A stretch of 64,000 nucleotides of DNA from Tubiluchus corallicola (lineage: Eukaryota > Animalia > Priapulida): contig JAQGDQ010000907.1 of the NCBI GenBank assembly GCA_030141605.1, forward strand, positions 17,488 through 81,487, given 5' to 3'. Position numbers and translations under genes: made by a program. Below, in pieces: positions 43,150 to 54,216 of this stretch (its first letter is position 1; each line of letters starts with the position of its first letter). The notes under the pieces were generated by a model, which was given only the letters and a program-made list of their open reading frames with translations, ran no database searches and had not been told where the DNA came from.

Positions 43150-43890
43150 ATGAAAAAAGCAATTCTATTTTTGACTGTTGCAATACTGAGTGTTAACCTG
43201 CTTTTTGGACAAGCGAAGAAGCCAACTATTATGGTTGTTCCAAGTGATGTCTGGTGTAATGAGAACGGGTATATGATGGAGTTTGATAAAATGGGGACAA
43301 AAGTAAGAATTCCAAATTATAAAGCGGCATACCAGGGGAGTTCAGACCTATTACTTGTTATTAGTACAATAAACGGGATGATGGCAGAAAGAGGATTCCC
43401 TCTCAAAAATATGGAGTCGGCTATGAAAACATTAGGAGCAAATAGGGCCGAAACATCTATGACCTCCTCCAAAGAGACAGGTGTGGGGGAGAGCGAGACT
43501 CCGGTTGATAAATTGAAAAAAACTGCTAAAGCGGATATAATAATGCAGTTGACATGGACTGTTAATACTACCGGGCCTAAGAAGTCGGTTACATTTAACT
43601 TACAGGGGCTGGATGCATATACAGATAAGCAAATTGCTACTGCAGTAGGAACGGGAGCTCCCTCTTTTTCGGCAGAGCTGCCGGTGTTGTTGGAGGAAGC
43701 GGTTTTATCTCATATGGATAATTTTTGTTACTCTCTTCAGTCCTTTTTTGACGATCTGTTTGTAAATGGGCGAGAGGTGGTTATTCGCATTAAGAAGTGG
43801 GATGACTGGGAGGAAGACCTTGAGTCTGAGTTTGGAGATGATGGCGATGAATTGGGTATAATCATTGAGGACTGGATCGCAGATAATACG
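43150..43890 (+). CDS. DUF6175-like secreted protein, 3'-truncated at the junction
   Basis: Signal peptide, then QAKKPTIMVVPSDVWC and LQGLDAYTDKQIA (family recalled, not searched); the stop at 43894-43896 lies in the foreign sequence. Confidence 0.7.
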
Positions 43891-44121
43891 CTGTGAAATC
43901 TCCATTGTTAATAGTGAGAAAATAGTGAGGTCCATCTGGTGCTCTGAATTTCCACCAGTTGCTGATCGAAAACTTCTTTTTCAATTTTATTGTCGTCACC
44001 ATAGCAACCAAATTCGTGTAAAAAATAAATGAAAAGAATTCCGTTTGATTCTTGTAAGAGCTTGCTGTGACTGGAGAAAATTACAAATCAAAGCATATAG
44101 TGACTTATGAGACACCCTGTA
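43891..44121. mobile_element. Right end of a Tc1/mariner-type element or MITE; left end missing
   Basis: ...TTATGAGACACCCTG-TA at 44105-44121 is the reverse complement of the TA-CAGGGTGTC type terminus; no partner TIR found upstream. Confidence 0.5.
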
Positions 44122-44272
44122 TTTTTATTATCCACACATATGTTCAAGCCTTAACTATAACAAAAAGGGAATAGCTAAACATTTAAACAGGTACTGAATG
44201 CACTCTAACATAGCAAAGCAAATAAATTCATAATTTACCATCGCAGATTTAGAACTTCAGTAATGTCATGTC

Positions 44273-44683
44273 CAGAGGCGCATCAAGACTTTAAGATGCC
44301 CAAGGCTAATAGTTCTGTACAGCCCATCTCTATTTTTTAATAATTACTTATGTAATGAGCGGATAAAACAATTACTTGTGGTGTATTAGAAACATTGTTA
44401 ACCTGGTTTCTATGTGGTCATTACTAATTACATGTATTTGCATAGGGCTTATATTTAAACAGACTGCACAGCTGTTTGTGTAATAGCTTGCGCCTGTTCG
44501 TTATGTGGCATATAATATAAAAGCTGAGCTTAGTAACTGCCTGTGGTGTGTTATAAAATGTGCCCTTTACATGAACATGAAAGTACACACATTTTCCGAG
44601 GTATAAGAATTTTTCTAAAATGTGACGCCCTCAGACTTTGGCGCCCTAGGCTATAGTCTAGTTTATTGGTTAATACGCCCCTG
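44273..44683. mobile_element. hAT-type MITE, 411 bp
   Basis: Perfect 8-bp TSD GTCATGTC (44265-44272, 44684-44691); TIRs CAGAGGCGCATCAA / TTAATACGCCCCTG (11 of 14 match). Confidence 0.8.
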
Positions 44684-44824
44684 GTCATGTCCGTAACCCA
44701 AACACAAATTTCAGACTTAACAAAAGATGATCAACTAATTGCTGAGCAGCAAATATGGCAGAAGATCAGTGATATAGTGATATAGTGATACGTTAAACTT
44801 TACATAATAAATAGCTTTACTTAC

Positions 44825-44999
44825 ACATTCGCTAATTTTATCCACTTGTACACGTTATTGTCTCTCAGCATTCCAGTAAACATTGTTTCATCATCTTGAC
44901 AGGCATCAGTAGCAGAGGAAAAGTCCCTGGCTTCACTTACTCTCACACAGCTGTACGTTCTTGGTACGTAGTTATAACCAGACGGACAAAAGTAACTTT
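44825..44999 (-). CDS. Exon: C-type lectin domain 4, N-terminal half
   Basis: tattcAG|...|GTAAGT; SYFCPSGYNYVPRTYSCVRVSEARDFSSATDACQ. Confidence 0.8.
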
Positions 45000-45239
45000 C
45001 TGAATATATCATAAAAAAATGGTACCGTCTCACACAGCTATACAGATGTTGACTTTTGACACATATTATAGTTGTGCAGACATATTTAAAGGAAAGGCTA
45101 ACTCTTTTCTGAAGTTAAGCTTATGTTTGCGAAAAATGTTAGAATGATTTAAAAATAAGAAAGTTACTGTAAAGTTGTAATCATGTCTTAACTGACAAAA
45201 CCGAAGTCGTTGTGTCTTGTGAATAAAACTGAAACTCAC

Positions 45240-45386
45240 CTGGCAGGTAAGCGCGTTCGGGCAATAACCGCACTTCACAAATGTACTGAAGCTGCTCCTG
45301 ACACGGGAAGTAACGGACGACATTAGTTCCAGAACTCGGGACGTAAGCTAGACAACCGTCGTCAACGTCACCTTCAACTACAAGTC
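45240..45386 (-). CDS. Exon: C-type lectin domain 3, C-terminal part
   Basis: ccattcAG|...|GTGAGT, phase 1-1; DDGCLAYVPSSGTNVVRYFPCQEQLQYICEV. Confidence 0.82.
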
Positions 45387-45416
45387 CTGAATGGAAAAAA
45401 CATTATTGCTGATAAG

Positions 45417-45580
45417 CAGGGCTGTGGAGTCAGCAGTAAATTTATTGCTAAAGGAGTCGGAGTTGTTAAAAATTAGGGTTTTGGAGTTGGAGTCTGGACT
45501 CGGAAGTATACTTATTGTTAGAGGAACGGTGCTGGAGTCGGTAAAAACTAGACAAATTCAACCTCCAGCTACTCCTAACT
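45417..45580. repeat. Decayed GGAGTC-rich MITE-like remnant
   Basis: Begins CAGGGCTGTGGAGTC and has repeated GGAGTC(G) subterminal motifs; intronic. Confidence 0.45.
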
Positions 45581-45913
45581 TTTAATGCATTTATGCATAA
45601 CGTCCCATTTTGGGGCGCTTTCGTATTGGTGTCTATGGAGCTAGAAGAAGTAGTGATGAAATGCCACTGTAGCTAAATATTGAGAGTATTACAAACTACC
45701 ATTTAAAGGCAGGAGTCTGGCATAATATTGGCCAAATACTTGAGGTATCATTAAACACTGTTAACATTGCTTTCTTTCTCTTTATCTTCCGTCCCTCTCT
45801 TTTTCTTACTCACTTTTTATTTTTCACTCCTTCTCACAGCTTTACATTAGTGCTTGCATTATTCTAGTAAATTCAATCAATGAATGTATTTCCTAATTAT
45901 TTTTTTCACTCAC

Positions 45914-45993
45914 CATAGTTGGACAAGTCTACGGACGTACCTTCATATCCTCCATACACTGTGCCATCATCCAGCCTCAGGCTAAGCCATACA
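45914..45993 (-). CDS. Exon: C-type lectin domain 3, middle part
   Basis: tttaaacAG|...|GTGAGT, phase 2-1; VWLSLRLDDGTVYGGYEGTSVDLSNY; phases match both neighbouring exons. Confidence 0.8.
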
Positions 45994-46306
45994 CTGTTTA
46001 AAATGAAAAGGTAATTTTCTCTGCCATATAGTTTATAAAACATATCTGTTTGAAATGTCTGCCTTTGGTAAACAGCAAATAAATGCTCATCGGGTTGCCC
46101 CACGCTGCAAAATTTACAGGAGTGCAGTTTGACAGGAAAGACGAGTCTATCCCAAAAAATACATAACTATTCCAATTGTTAATTAAAATAATTAAAACGA
46201 TTAGATGAGTGAATACGTTGCTGTACCAGGTCAAATACGATAATGTTCTGTTAATAACTCAGTAGAGAACTTCTAGAATGAAAAACTGAAAGGAAGACAG
46301 GATAAT

Positions 46307-47065
46307 TTTTTATATAGTACCCCATTTCAAGTCTGATAAAAGTATACATTTTAACACAATTAATAGTACAAAAGCATTTCTGATAATGAAGGTATATATT
46401 ATAAACTTAACTAACGGAGGGCAAGCCCTCCATTGATGACATCACAAACTAACATAATTTTCAGCAGCAAAAATATTTAGCGAGCGTGTTGCACGTGTTT
46501 GAGACAGTGCTGCTCTAAGATATTCAGTGTGTTGTACTGAAACTAGGCAAGTCTTAAGATAAAAATTCAAATTTCAAAAAAAGTCGAACGTGTGTAGTTC
46601 ACAAACTCACACATCTGAGTTAAGAGGTGCAGCACCTGTTTTTTATGCAATGCATTTTCGAAGTGCAGGTGCTAGTGCCCGTCTAAGTAGCGAACGGCGA
46701 AATGCATGTAACAGCAAAGAACTAGTGGAGCGAACATGAAACTATTTCGGATTGCACAAAAAACAGGTAATATAGTTCTCAGTTCAAATACGTTAGTTTG
46801 TGACGAGCACACATCCGACAGCTTTTAGTACAACACACTGAATATCTAACAGTAGCACTGCACTTCACAAACACGTGCAACACGCTCATGGAATATTTTT
46901 GATGTTGAAAATTATGCTAGCTTGTGATGTCATCAATAGTTGGGCTCGCCTGCCGTTCATTAAGTTTTTAATCTATTATTTAATTATCAGAAACGCGTTT
47001 GCAGTATTAATTGTGTTAAAAAGTTTACTTTTTATCTGACATGAAACTGGGGTTGTATATGAAAA
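46307..47065. repeat. About 750-bp imperfect palindrome (foldback/MITE-like element)
   Basis: Arms are reverse complements over hundreds of bp, e.g. GATATTCAGTGTGTTGTACT / AGTACAACACACTGAATATC and ATTGATGACATCACAA / TTGTGATGTCATCAAT. Confidence 0.85.
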
Positions 47066-47151
47066 GTCTTCCTTTAATGATTTTCACTGACAAAATTTTC
47101 CCACATGCAATGCAAACTGCTGCGTTAACTACTCAAGATTTAAAAACTTAC

Positions 47152-47392
47152 GGTTCTTCAGTATGATCCAGCACAAATGATGAAAGAGCTTCTAGCTCCG
47201 TGGAATCAGAAAGCACAAACGTGTCCGCATTGTTAAGTCCACATTGTTTAGAAATTGATCCGTCTTCACACTCAATGTAAGAACACAATGCCCATCCTAC
47301 ATCACGCTTCCCAGATTCTGAGCCAAATTTTATACACCGTGTAGCTTGTCCATCAAAATTTTCATACGGTGGTGGACATCTATATTTTATGG
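47152..47392 (-). CDS. Exon: C-type lectin domain 3, N-terminal part (Cys-rich insertion)
   Basis: ttttatcAG|...|GTAAGT, phase 1-2, open frame IKYRCPPPYENFDGQATRCIKF...WALCSYIECEDGSISKQCG...ELEALSSFV. Confidence 0.8.
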
Positions 47393-47457
47393 CTGATAAA
47401 AGAAATGTTTAACGATAATTTAGCATTATGATAATTTTATAGATCTATAATAACAAT

Positions 47458-47921
47458 CAGGGTCAATAAGAGAGCAAATGCGAGGCCCTGGCGTGGAGGC
47501 TTGGTGGCAAAGTACCCACAGGGTCCAGGGCACAGAAACTAGTGAGGGGTTAGGGGGACGAAGCCCCCAAAAAATGTTGAAAACTAAGATAAAATTCTAT
47601 GGATTTTAAGGCAATTAAAGTGTATTTCTCAGCTAAAATGAAAAGAACATTGTTCATTCACATTTAGAATTTCTATTACAGTTATTTAGAGCCTACTAAA
47701 CTACATACACTGAATTTCAAAAACACACAAATATACTGAAGTATCCTACTCCATCTTGGTAAGTTAACTTTTCGGGCTTTCCTTGAGGCGAAATCGCTCC
47801 CAATCTCCTGCGCCGTAAGCAGGTAGGAGACAAAAAAAAATTTCAGGGTCAAAGAGCGAGGCCTTTAACATGCGAGGCACTAGGCAATCGCTAAGGTCGC
47901 CTTGCCCTTTTGCCGGCCCTG
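47458..47921. mobile_element. Degenerate hAT-type MITE
   Basis: CAGGG...CCCTG termini; flanks ATAACAAT / ATAGCATT (6 of 8 match); GC-rich subterminal blocks in an AT-rich intron. Confidence 0.55.
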
Positions 47922-48125
47922 ATAGCATTATAATATTATATTATAGCAGGTTTGTTTCATGTAAATAAGAATGAGAAATATTTTATTTTGCACACATGGA
48001 CAGTAATAGTACTGCATCAAGGTGCAGCAGAGGAACGTCAAATGCGACCATACAGTCCTAATGCGACCATTCAGGCCTTTCGTTCATTTGCTTACTAGAC
48101 CAAAACACCATTACAATTTCATGAT

Positions 48126-48399
48126 CAGGGCCTATTTCAAGGGAGGGAAGTGGGGATACTTCCCCGGGGCCTCACCCTCCAGTCCAAGTATTAAGGACTG
48201 GTCTTGAGAATAAAACAGTTTTTCTTTCTATTGTTCTTCCCTTTAACAACTGTATAACTCCATATTTTCCCTTCGAAAATGCTTCTCCGGCGTTCTAACA
48301 GTTCAAAAATTTTCTGTGCGCCAACACCCCCCCCCCCCCCCCGAGGGGGTCTCACACGCCCCATTTCCCTGGCCCTCGCTTAGGCTGAAATAGGCCCTG
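48126..48399. mobile_element. hAT-type MITE, 274 bp
   Basis: Perfect 14-bp TIR CAGGGCCTATTTCA; 8-bp TSD TTCATGAT / TTCATAAT. Confidence 0.85.
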
Positions 48400-49746
48400 T
48401 TCATAATCAGATATACTACGTACAACTATACAAACTGAAAACAAAATTTACTACAATTACTTGTCATGTGAGCAATTAATTAGTGAACAAATGATGTAAC
48501 TGTTTGCAGCTGAGCTAAAAGCTGAAACTTTAAAAGCCCAACTGCAATACAGCGCGTGTTGTTAACTGTTAGGGGGAGGTTAAAAGAGATGCACAATGAA
48601 TAGAGATGACATGAGGGTAAAATTAGGGTGTAAGAAAGTAATGTAAGTAAAATAATTAAAAAAATTAAAGATAAAAAAACTAAAAATCATTTAAAAAAAT
48701 TAAAAAGAAACCCGATGAGGTGATAATGATGAAAATGCAATGTAATGACGTCTAACGTAATGTCAATCATTTTCGTTGACTGCCCAATCAGCGTGCAAGC
48801 TATTTCACACCCCTGCAGCAGGTACGTTCGGGACATTTAGCTACAGCTCCGTCTAACACTGTTATGAAAAATACTCAACTCTTCATTAGTTAGCGGGAGA
48901 AATATTGACCTGGTTCTAGATTTTATTATTGTCAATTGAAATTGCAAGTGAATTGGTGGAAATATATAGTCTAGTTTCGTTTGTAGGAAAAAATACAAAC
49001 ACTTACGCCTATGAGTTGCTGATTAAACCATTTTGCAATCAAGAAAATATGCAGTATAGTTTAGTTTATGTCTTTGCAAGTTTAGATAAGAACAATTATT
49101 TGACTAACTTTAAATAAGGACAAAGCAAAATCTTTTCTTTTCTGGCCAGTTTTTATAAACCTCAATGAGATCTTCACAGTCAAAATTAATTCAAATGTGA
49201 TCAAAACTTATATTATACATCAATGTAATATTAGCTAATTTTATGCTATTTTTCTTTTTATAGTCACTGTTAAAAGATGCCACTGGGACTTATGTGACTT
49301 GGGATTTCAATATAAGAGTCGACTATGGAATGGAACGGTCAAATTTATTTTTGTATGTATGTACATTTGCACACTATATATATATCTACTTGAATAATAC
49401 TATATGAGTAATACTAAACTTACATAATATTATATGAATAAATTGTTTTTGTTTAGATGAGATACGTATGAAATAAATAAAGACGATAAAATGTGATAAA
49501 TAAATACAAATATAATTGCGTGTTGTGCATAAAACTAGAATGTGTACATGCGTACCTTGTTCTGGAAATGGTCTTAATAAGATTTCAAAGATGATTAGTT
49601 ATTTCATGGATTACGGACCTAAACCATTTAGCTATGTAGAGCTATGCAGCATTCTACTAAATACCATTACATCATCATACATACTGAAAAAGTGCCAAAT
49701 CTTGAAGAACAAGTTCCTAACTCATAATATTAACAAGCTAAAATAC

Positions 49747-49962
49747 CTTTTTCGCATACAGGACGAAACTCTGCACCGGCTTCATTATCATCCATGTCAA
49801 ATCCAAAATCACCGAACAACACAAGAACGTCGCCATTCCCACTCGGTTCACCATCATGCCATTCAGGGAATGTGACCTTTTTTCCTGTTGAAGTCCACAT
49901 CCATTCTCCATCAGACAGGTAACCACTTGTCCAAACAGTGAATGTACCCAATGCCATATCAA
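49747..49962 (-). CDS. Exon: C-type lectin domain 2, C-terminal half
   Basis: ctttTAG|...|GTATTT, phase 1-1; VWTSG...WMWTSTG...WHDGEPSGNG...MDD...PVCEK. Confidence 0.85.
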
Positions 49963-50024
49963 CTAAAAGTTTTTGATATTGATTATCGATTACGAATAAG
50001 TGCTACTTATTAGTAGGTAGGTTG

Positions 50025-50441
50025 CAACAACATGGCTTACACAAGATCTTATTTAATGCCAACAACATGGCATGCAGAAGATCTTGTTTAATGCCAACAA
50101 CATGGCTTGCAGAAGATCTTGTTTAATGCCAACAACATGGCTTGCAGAAGATCTTGTTTAATGCCAACAACATGGCTTGCAGAAGATCTTGTTTAATGCC
50201 AGCAACATGGCTTGCAGAAGATCTTGTTTAATGCCAACAACATGGCTTGCAGAAGATCTTGTTTAATGCCAACAACATGGCTTGCAGAAGATCTTGTTTA
50301 AAGCCAACAACATAGCTTGCAGAAGATCTTGTTTAATGCCAGCAACATGGCTTGCAGAAGATCTTTTTTAAAACTAGCAACATGGCTTGCAGAAGATCCT
50401 GTTTACCACCAACAACATGGCTTGCAGAAGATCTTGTTTAA
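50025..50441. repeat. Minisatellite, 12 copies of a 35-bp unit
   Basis: Unit CAACAACATGGCTTGCAGAAGATCTTGTTTAATGC at exact 35-bp spacing, no spacers; intronic. Confidence 0.95.
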
Positions 50442-50846
50442 AGTCCGTAAACTATTGCCTTAACTAGGAATGTTATGTGTGTTTAGTCATTCTGGTGTGA
50501 TATTTAAATGATTACGTGACACATCCAATCACAAAACACCACGTTTCTGGTGTTCAAAACAATTTCCAAAGCTGTTAAACAATATTTGGCAGCTTTTCGT
50601 TGAACGAAACCTTTCTAATGTGTTTTAAAGGTATAGCTTTAACGCGATCAATTTAGTGAGATATATAGCCAAAAAGGAAAGAATGGCGGGTTCTGGCTAA
50701 GTGTATGTATTATACTGCCCTCTCTATTTTGAATGACCAGGTGGCATCATCAAACGTTAACGAACGCAAGGAAAATCATGCAATTTTTTTATGAGTTACG
50801 AATTTATTGCACAAAATTCATTTTAAAATTTAATAAAACTTTATAC

Positions 50847-51032
50847 CTTTTTTCTTATTGAGCCACGTTACCACATCTGTATATTCATCTTGTGTCTCTA
50901 AACTCAGCAGTTGACTGTTAATGTGCTCACAGTACGTCTTCGCCTGATTAACATTCATCCTTTCGAGTCCAAGAAGATAACAGCTTTTAATTTGATGTCC
51001 GGCTGCCTCAAAACCTGGAGGACGTGCAACTT
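50847..51032 (-). pseudogene. Exon: C-type lectin domain 2, N-terminal half, with damaged acceptor
   Basis: Paralogous to exon 53098-53286 (SQLLSxETxDEY...W), but the acceptor reads CGG instead of CAG and CPPGF reads RPPGF; donor GTATAA intact. Confidence 0.7.
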
Positions 51033-51694
51033 CCGGGAACAAAAACAAGAATAAAAAATGACCATGTTATCTCAAAAATTATGCTATCCCTTGTCAAATT
51101 TCTTGAAAGAAGTACAAATTCGGCATGAAATGTCAAAAACAGTGTTAAAATCATATGAACAAGAACAAAAATTGATTTCCAATATTTTAACTCTTTACCA
51201 CGAAATCATTAATAATTAATTTTTTTTCATATTGACATATTGGTGTTTCTGAAATGGTGGGAAAATAATTTTATTATAAATGTTTAGTTGAAGTCACTTA
51301 GAATTCAGCTTACAAAGTTAAAAACCAAGTACATAATGAATATGTGTGCTTGCAAACCAACACTGTCCACAAGTTGGCATAGTTGAAACTACGTTATTCT
51401 CCTTTCAAGTTAGAATTTACCAAAAATTTTTTTGTTTTTTATAAAAACAAGCACTAGATATATTGGACTTTTATATTCTAACATCAAATTATGAAGAAAA
51501 TGTGCACTGTACATATTTTTCGCGCTAGAAACTAGTACTGCAATTGTAAAAAACTTGTATTTTCAAACTCCGATAGCAGCTTGGAGAAGCAGTCATTTTG
51601 CTTCGGATTTTTTCTACACAATGCAAAACGAGAGGCTGAAATCGAACCAGTGTAATGCCTGTGTGTAAGGTCCTGAAATTATGGGGATAATTAC

Positions 51695-51913
51695 CTTTTT
51701 CACACACAGGATGATGGTCTTCACCAGAAGCGATATCATCCATTTTAAATTCAAGGGCTTCCGGCAACCATATGAAATATCCGTTTCCCCATGGCTGATC
51801 CGGGGCCCAAGCACTGAACTCTAACTCTTTCCCTGTCGACTTCCAGTAATATGTTAAATGATCTCCTTCATTACGATAACCGGTTGTCCAAACTCCTCCA
51901 TGCGGCATGCCAG
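51695..51913 (-). CDS. Exon: C-type lectin domain 1, C-terminal half
   Basis: cttcAG|...|GTAATT, phase 1-1; VWTTG...YYWKSTG...WAPDQPWGNG...MDD...PVCEK. Confidence 0.85.
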
Positions 51914-52639
51914 CTGAAGTTATTAATAACAACTGATCACCAGTTTTAGTTAACAAAACCATTTTCTTACTTTTTTTGTCATTTTGGCTGATATTATGAT
52001 CATTTGGGGCAGCTAAGGTAATGAAATTATGGGCAGGTCGTTGTGAACGACCGAAAATCATAAAAAATACATTTAATTTGCAATTAGATTAATAACATGT
52101 AAAATCGCTATTACTGTAGTAGATATGGTTTCTATCTATTTGCTACGTATTCTAAAAATGCTACCTTTGCTAAAGTCTATACTACTAGTTGACTTTTGCA
52201 AGACGTTATATGCAGACATCTTTTTGCCTATATTTCTGTGGAAACTTCTATATCAATAAACGTTTAAAGTATATTCTACTGTTATACGTTTTGTCAACAC
52301 GACAGGGCCTCCTCAGTTGGAGTGACACTCCAACTCACCCACACCCACATGGAATATTTCTTACCCCTGATTTTATGCATTTTACTATTCACTAGGTAGA
52401 TGGGTACTAGCGCCTGCATCTCAGAACCACCAAAAAAAAAAGAAAATGAAAAATTAGTACTGCACCTCTCAGTGCATAGGTGTTCACTTGTGATGTAGTG
52501 CACACGTTCGAGAGCTCATGCAGGAGCACAGCAGTGAACTTGAAATTTAAATTTAAAACTTAACATTGAAATTAAAATTTTAAAACTGAAGTTTTGTGCA
52601 TCACATTGTATTTCATACAGTAATACTGTACTGAAATTT

Positions 52640-52810
52640 TTGCTTTTGCAAACACATGCAACATGCTAATGGAACGCTTGCGCTGTTGAAAATCATGTTA
52701 GTTTGTGATGTCATCAATAGTTGGACTCGTTGGCATTAACTTATAATTAAGTTTTTAATTTGTTAATTAATTATCAAAAAAGATTTGGCATTATTATAGG
52801 TGTTTAATTT
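52640..52810 (+). repeat. Partial second copy of the foldback element arm
   Basis: CAAACACATGCAACA...TGTTGAAAATCATGTTAGTTTGTGATGTCATCAATAGTTGG resembles 46868-47020; boundaries approximate. Confidence 0.7.
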
Positions 52811-53097
52811 AATTTGTATTATGCTTCAAACTAAGTTAGGACGTGAAAAATCATTCTGTTTTCCTTTAAACAAAGTCTGATTCATTCAGTCTTCAATTGA
52901 CGGAAATTTTCCTTTTACCAACGAATGAATTTTTTTAAAAGGAAAGGGTCCCCAGTCAATGAACATGCTTGTATTAAAGTTACATACTACGTATTACTAT
53001 TAACCTACCTATTAAGATAAAGTTACCTGTTTACATACTACCAAAATTTGTTAGTAAATACCTGCAAGTCGAAAAGTCTAAATTACAATTTTTATAC

Positions 53098-53286
53098 CGT
53101 GTTCTTCTTTGAGCCATGCAACCACAGCCTCATATTCATCTCCTGTTTCCGTACTCAGTAACTGACTGTTAAGATTTGCGCAGTAATCAAATGATTCATC
53201 TCTGTCATTAGGACCACTTCCGAAGTGATAGCAGTGCATGCCCTGCCGTAGCTTCAGTGATTTAAACCCTGGTGGACACGCAACTT
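53098..53286 (-). CDS. Exon: C-type lectin domain 1, N-terminal half
   Basis: ttctgcAG|...|GTATAA, phase 1-1; VACPPGF...HCYHF...SFDYCANLNSQLLSTETGDEYEAVVAWL. Confidence 0.85.
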
Positions 53287-54216
53287 CTGCAGAAAAAAAG
53301 AAAAATGTGATTAGCTCATAAAACGGAAGCTGACTAATTATTTTAAACTTTATTACAAAATCTTAATGGACGTTAATTATAGAACCAAAGTTCTGACACT
53401 GATGCAAAACAACACAGCTTGAAAGAATCGGATACAACGTGAAAGCTGTTTTTAATAAACCTTTTTAGAGTTTCGTTGTTCGCATGCGCAGTTTTTGAGG
53501 GTCAAACATTAATTGCACCAGAGCAACATGTCTTAGCTACAACCATCATGTGACATGTGTGTAAAGCAAAGCCGTGTATCGAATAAACTTTGTAACTTCA
53601 GTTGTTTTACGTGGACTTTACTTAATTCTGCATTAGGTCTATGCATAGGGTGATTTACTAGCACATCTTGCTTGGGAATAAGAAGATTATGAACTAGATA
53701 AGGTTCTAATTAGCTGTTAAAATTGTTACTTTTACAATAGCATGGGCTGCGTTGTCAAGCGAACACAAACGCGTAGTCTGGTACACTTAACCGTTGACCT
53801 TTTCACGATCATAATCAATCGCTAGACTTGTGAAGAGGCTCGTTGAGACTTAAAAGATGAAAGCGATCGTGCTATTTTTACACATTGGAGAAACTATTTC
53901 CAAAGCTGCTGGACAAAATGATCGACCAAAGCTAGTCAATTTTTAAATTTCTTTATATTTCTATACAATGCAAGCCTACGTATTAAAGCAATAATGCTTT
54001 AAATAATACTAAGACCATGATGGTAAAGCTTCAGTATTTATTGCACAGTGCACAGGTATATGCAGTCATACAGTAACTAAATAGAAAGATATAAGACCAG
54101 AGCTCTTCAGTGTCCAATTCTGCAATTATATCAAAATTTTAGGTAAAAGAACATAAAATAACATTCGTTTACTACTATTTTGAGAAAATTGCAAAATTAT
54201 TTTTTGTAAAAATGTT

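Noticed and set aside
44239-44715. Next lectin exon interrupted by the 44273-44683 MITE
   Set aside because: Removing the MITE gives splice-like ends, but all frames from the candidate acceptor contain stops
50025-50441. 35-bp repeats as a CRISPR array
   Set aside because: Units are head-to-tail with no unique spacers, there are no cas genes, and the array lies in an animal intron
49747-53286. C-type lectin repeats as DGR variable/template regions
   Set aside because: These are spliced animal exons; no DGR reverse transcriptase, and differences are not adenine-specific
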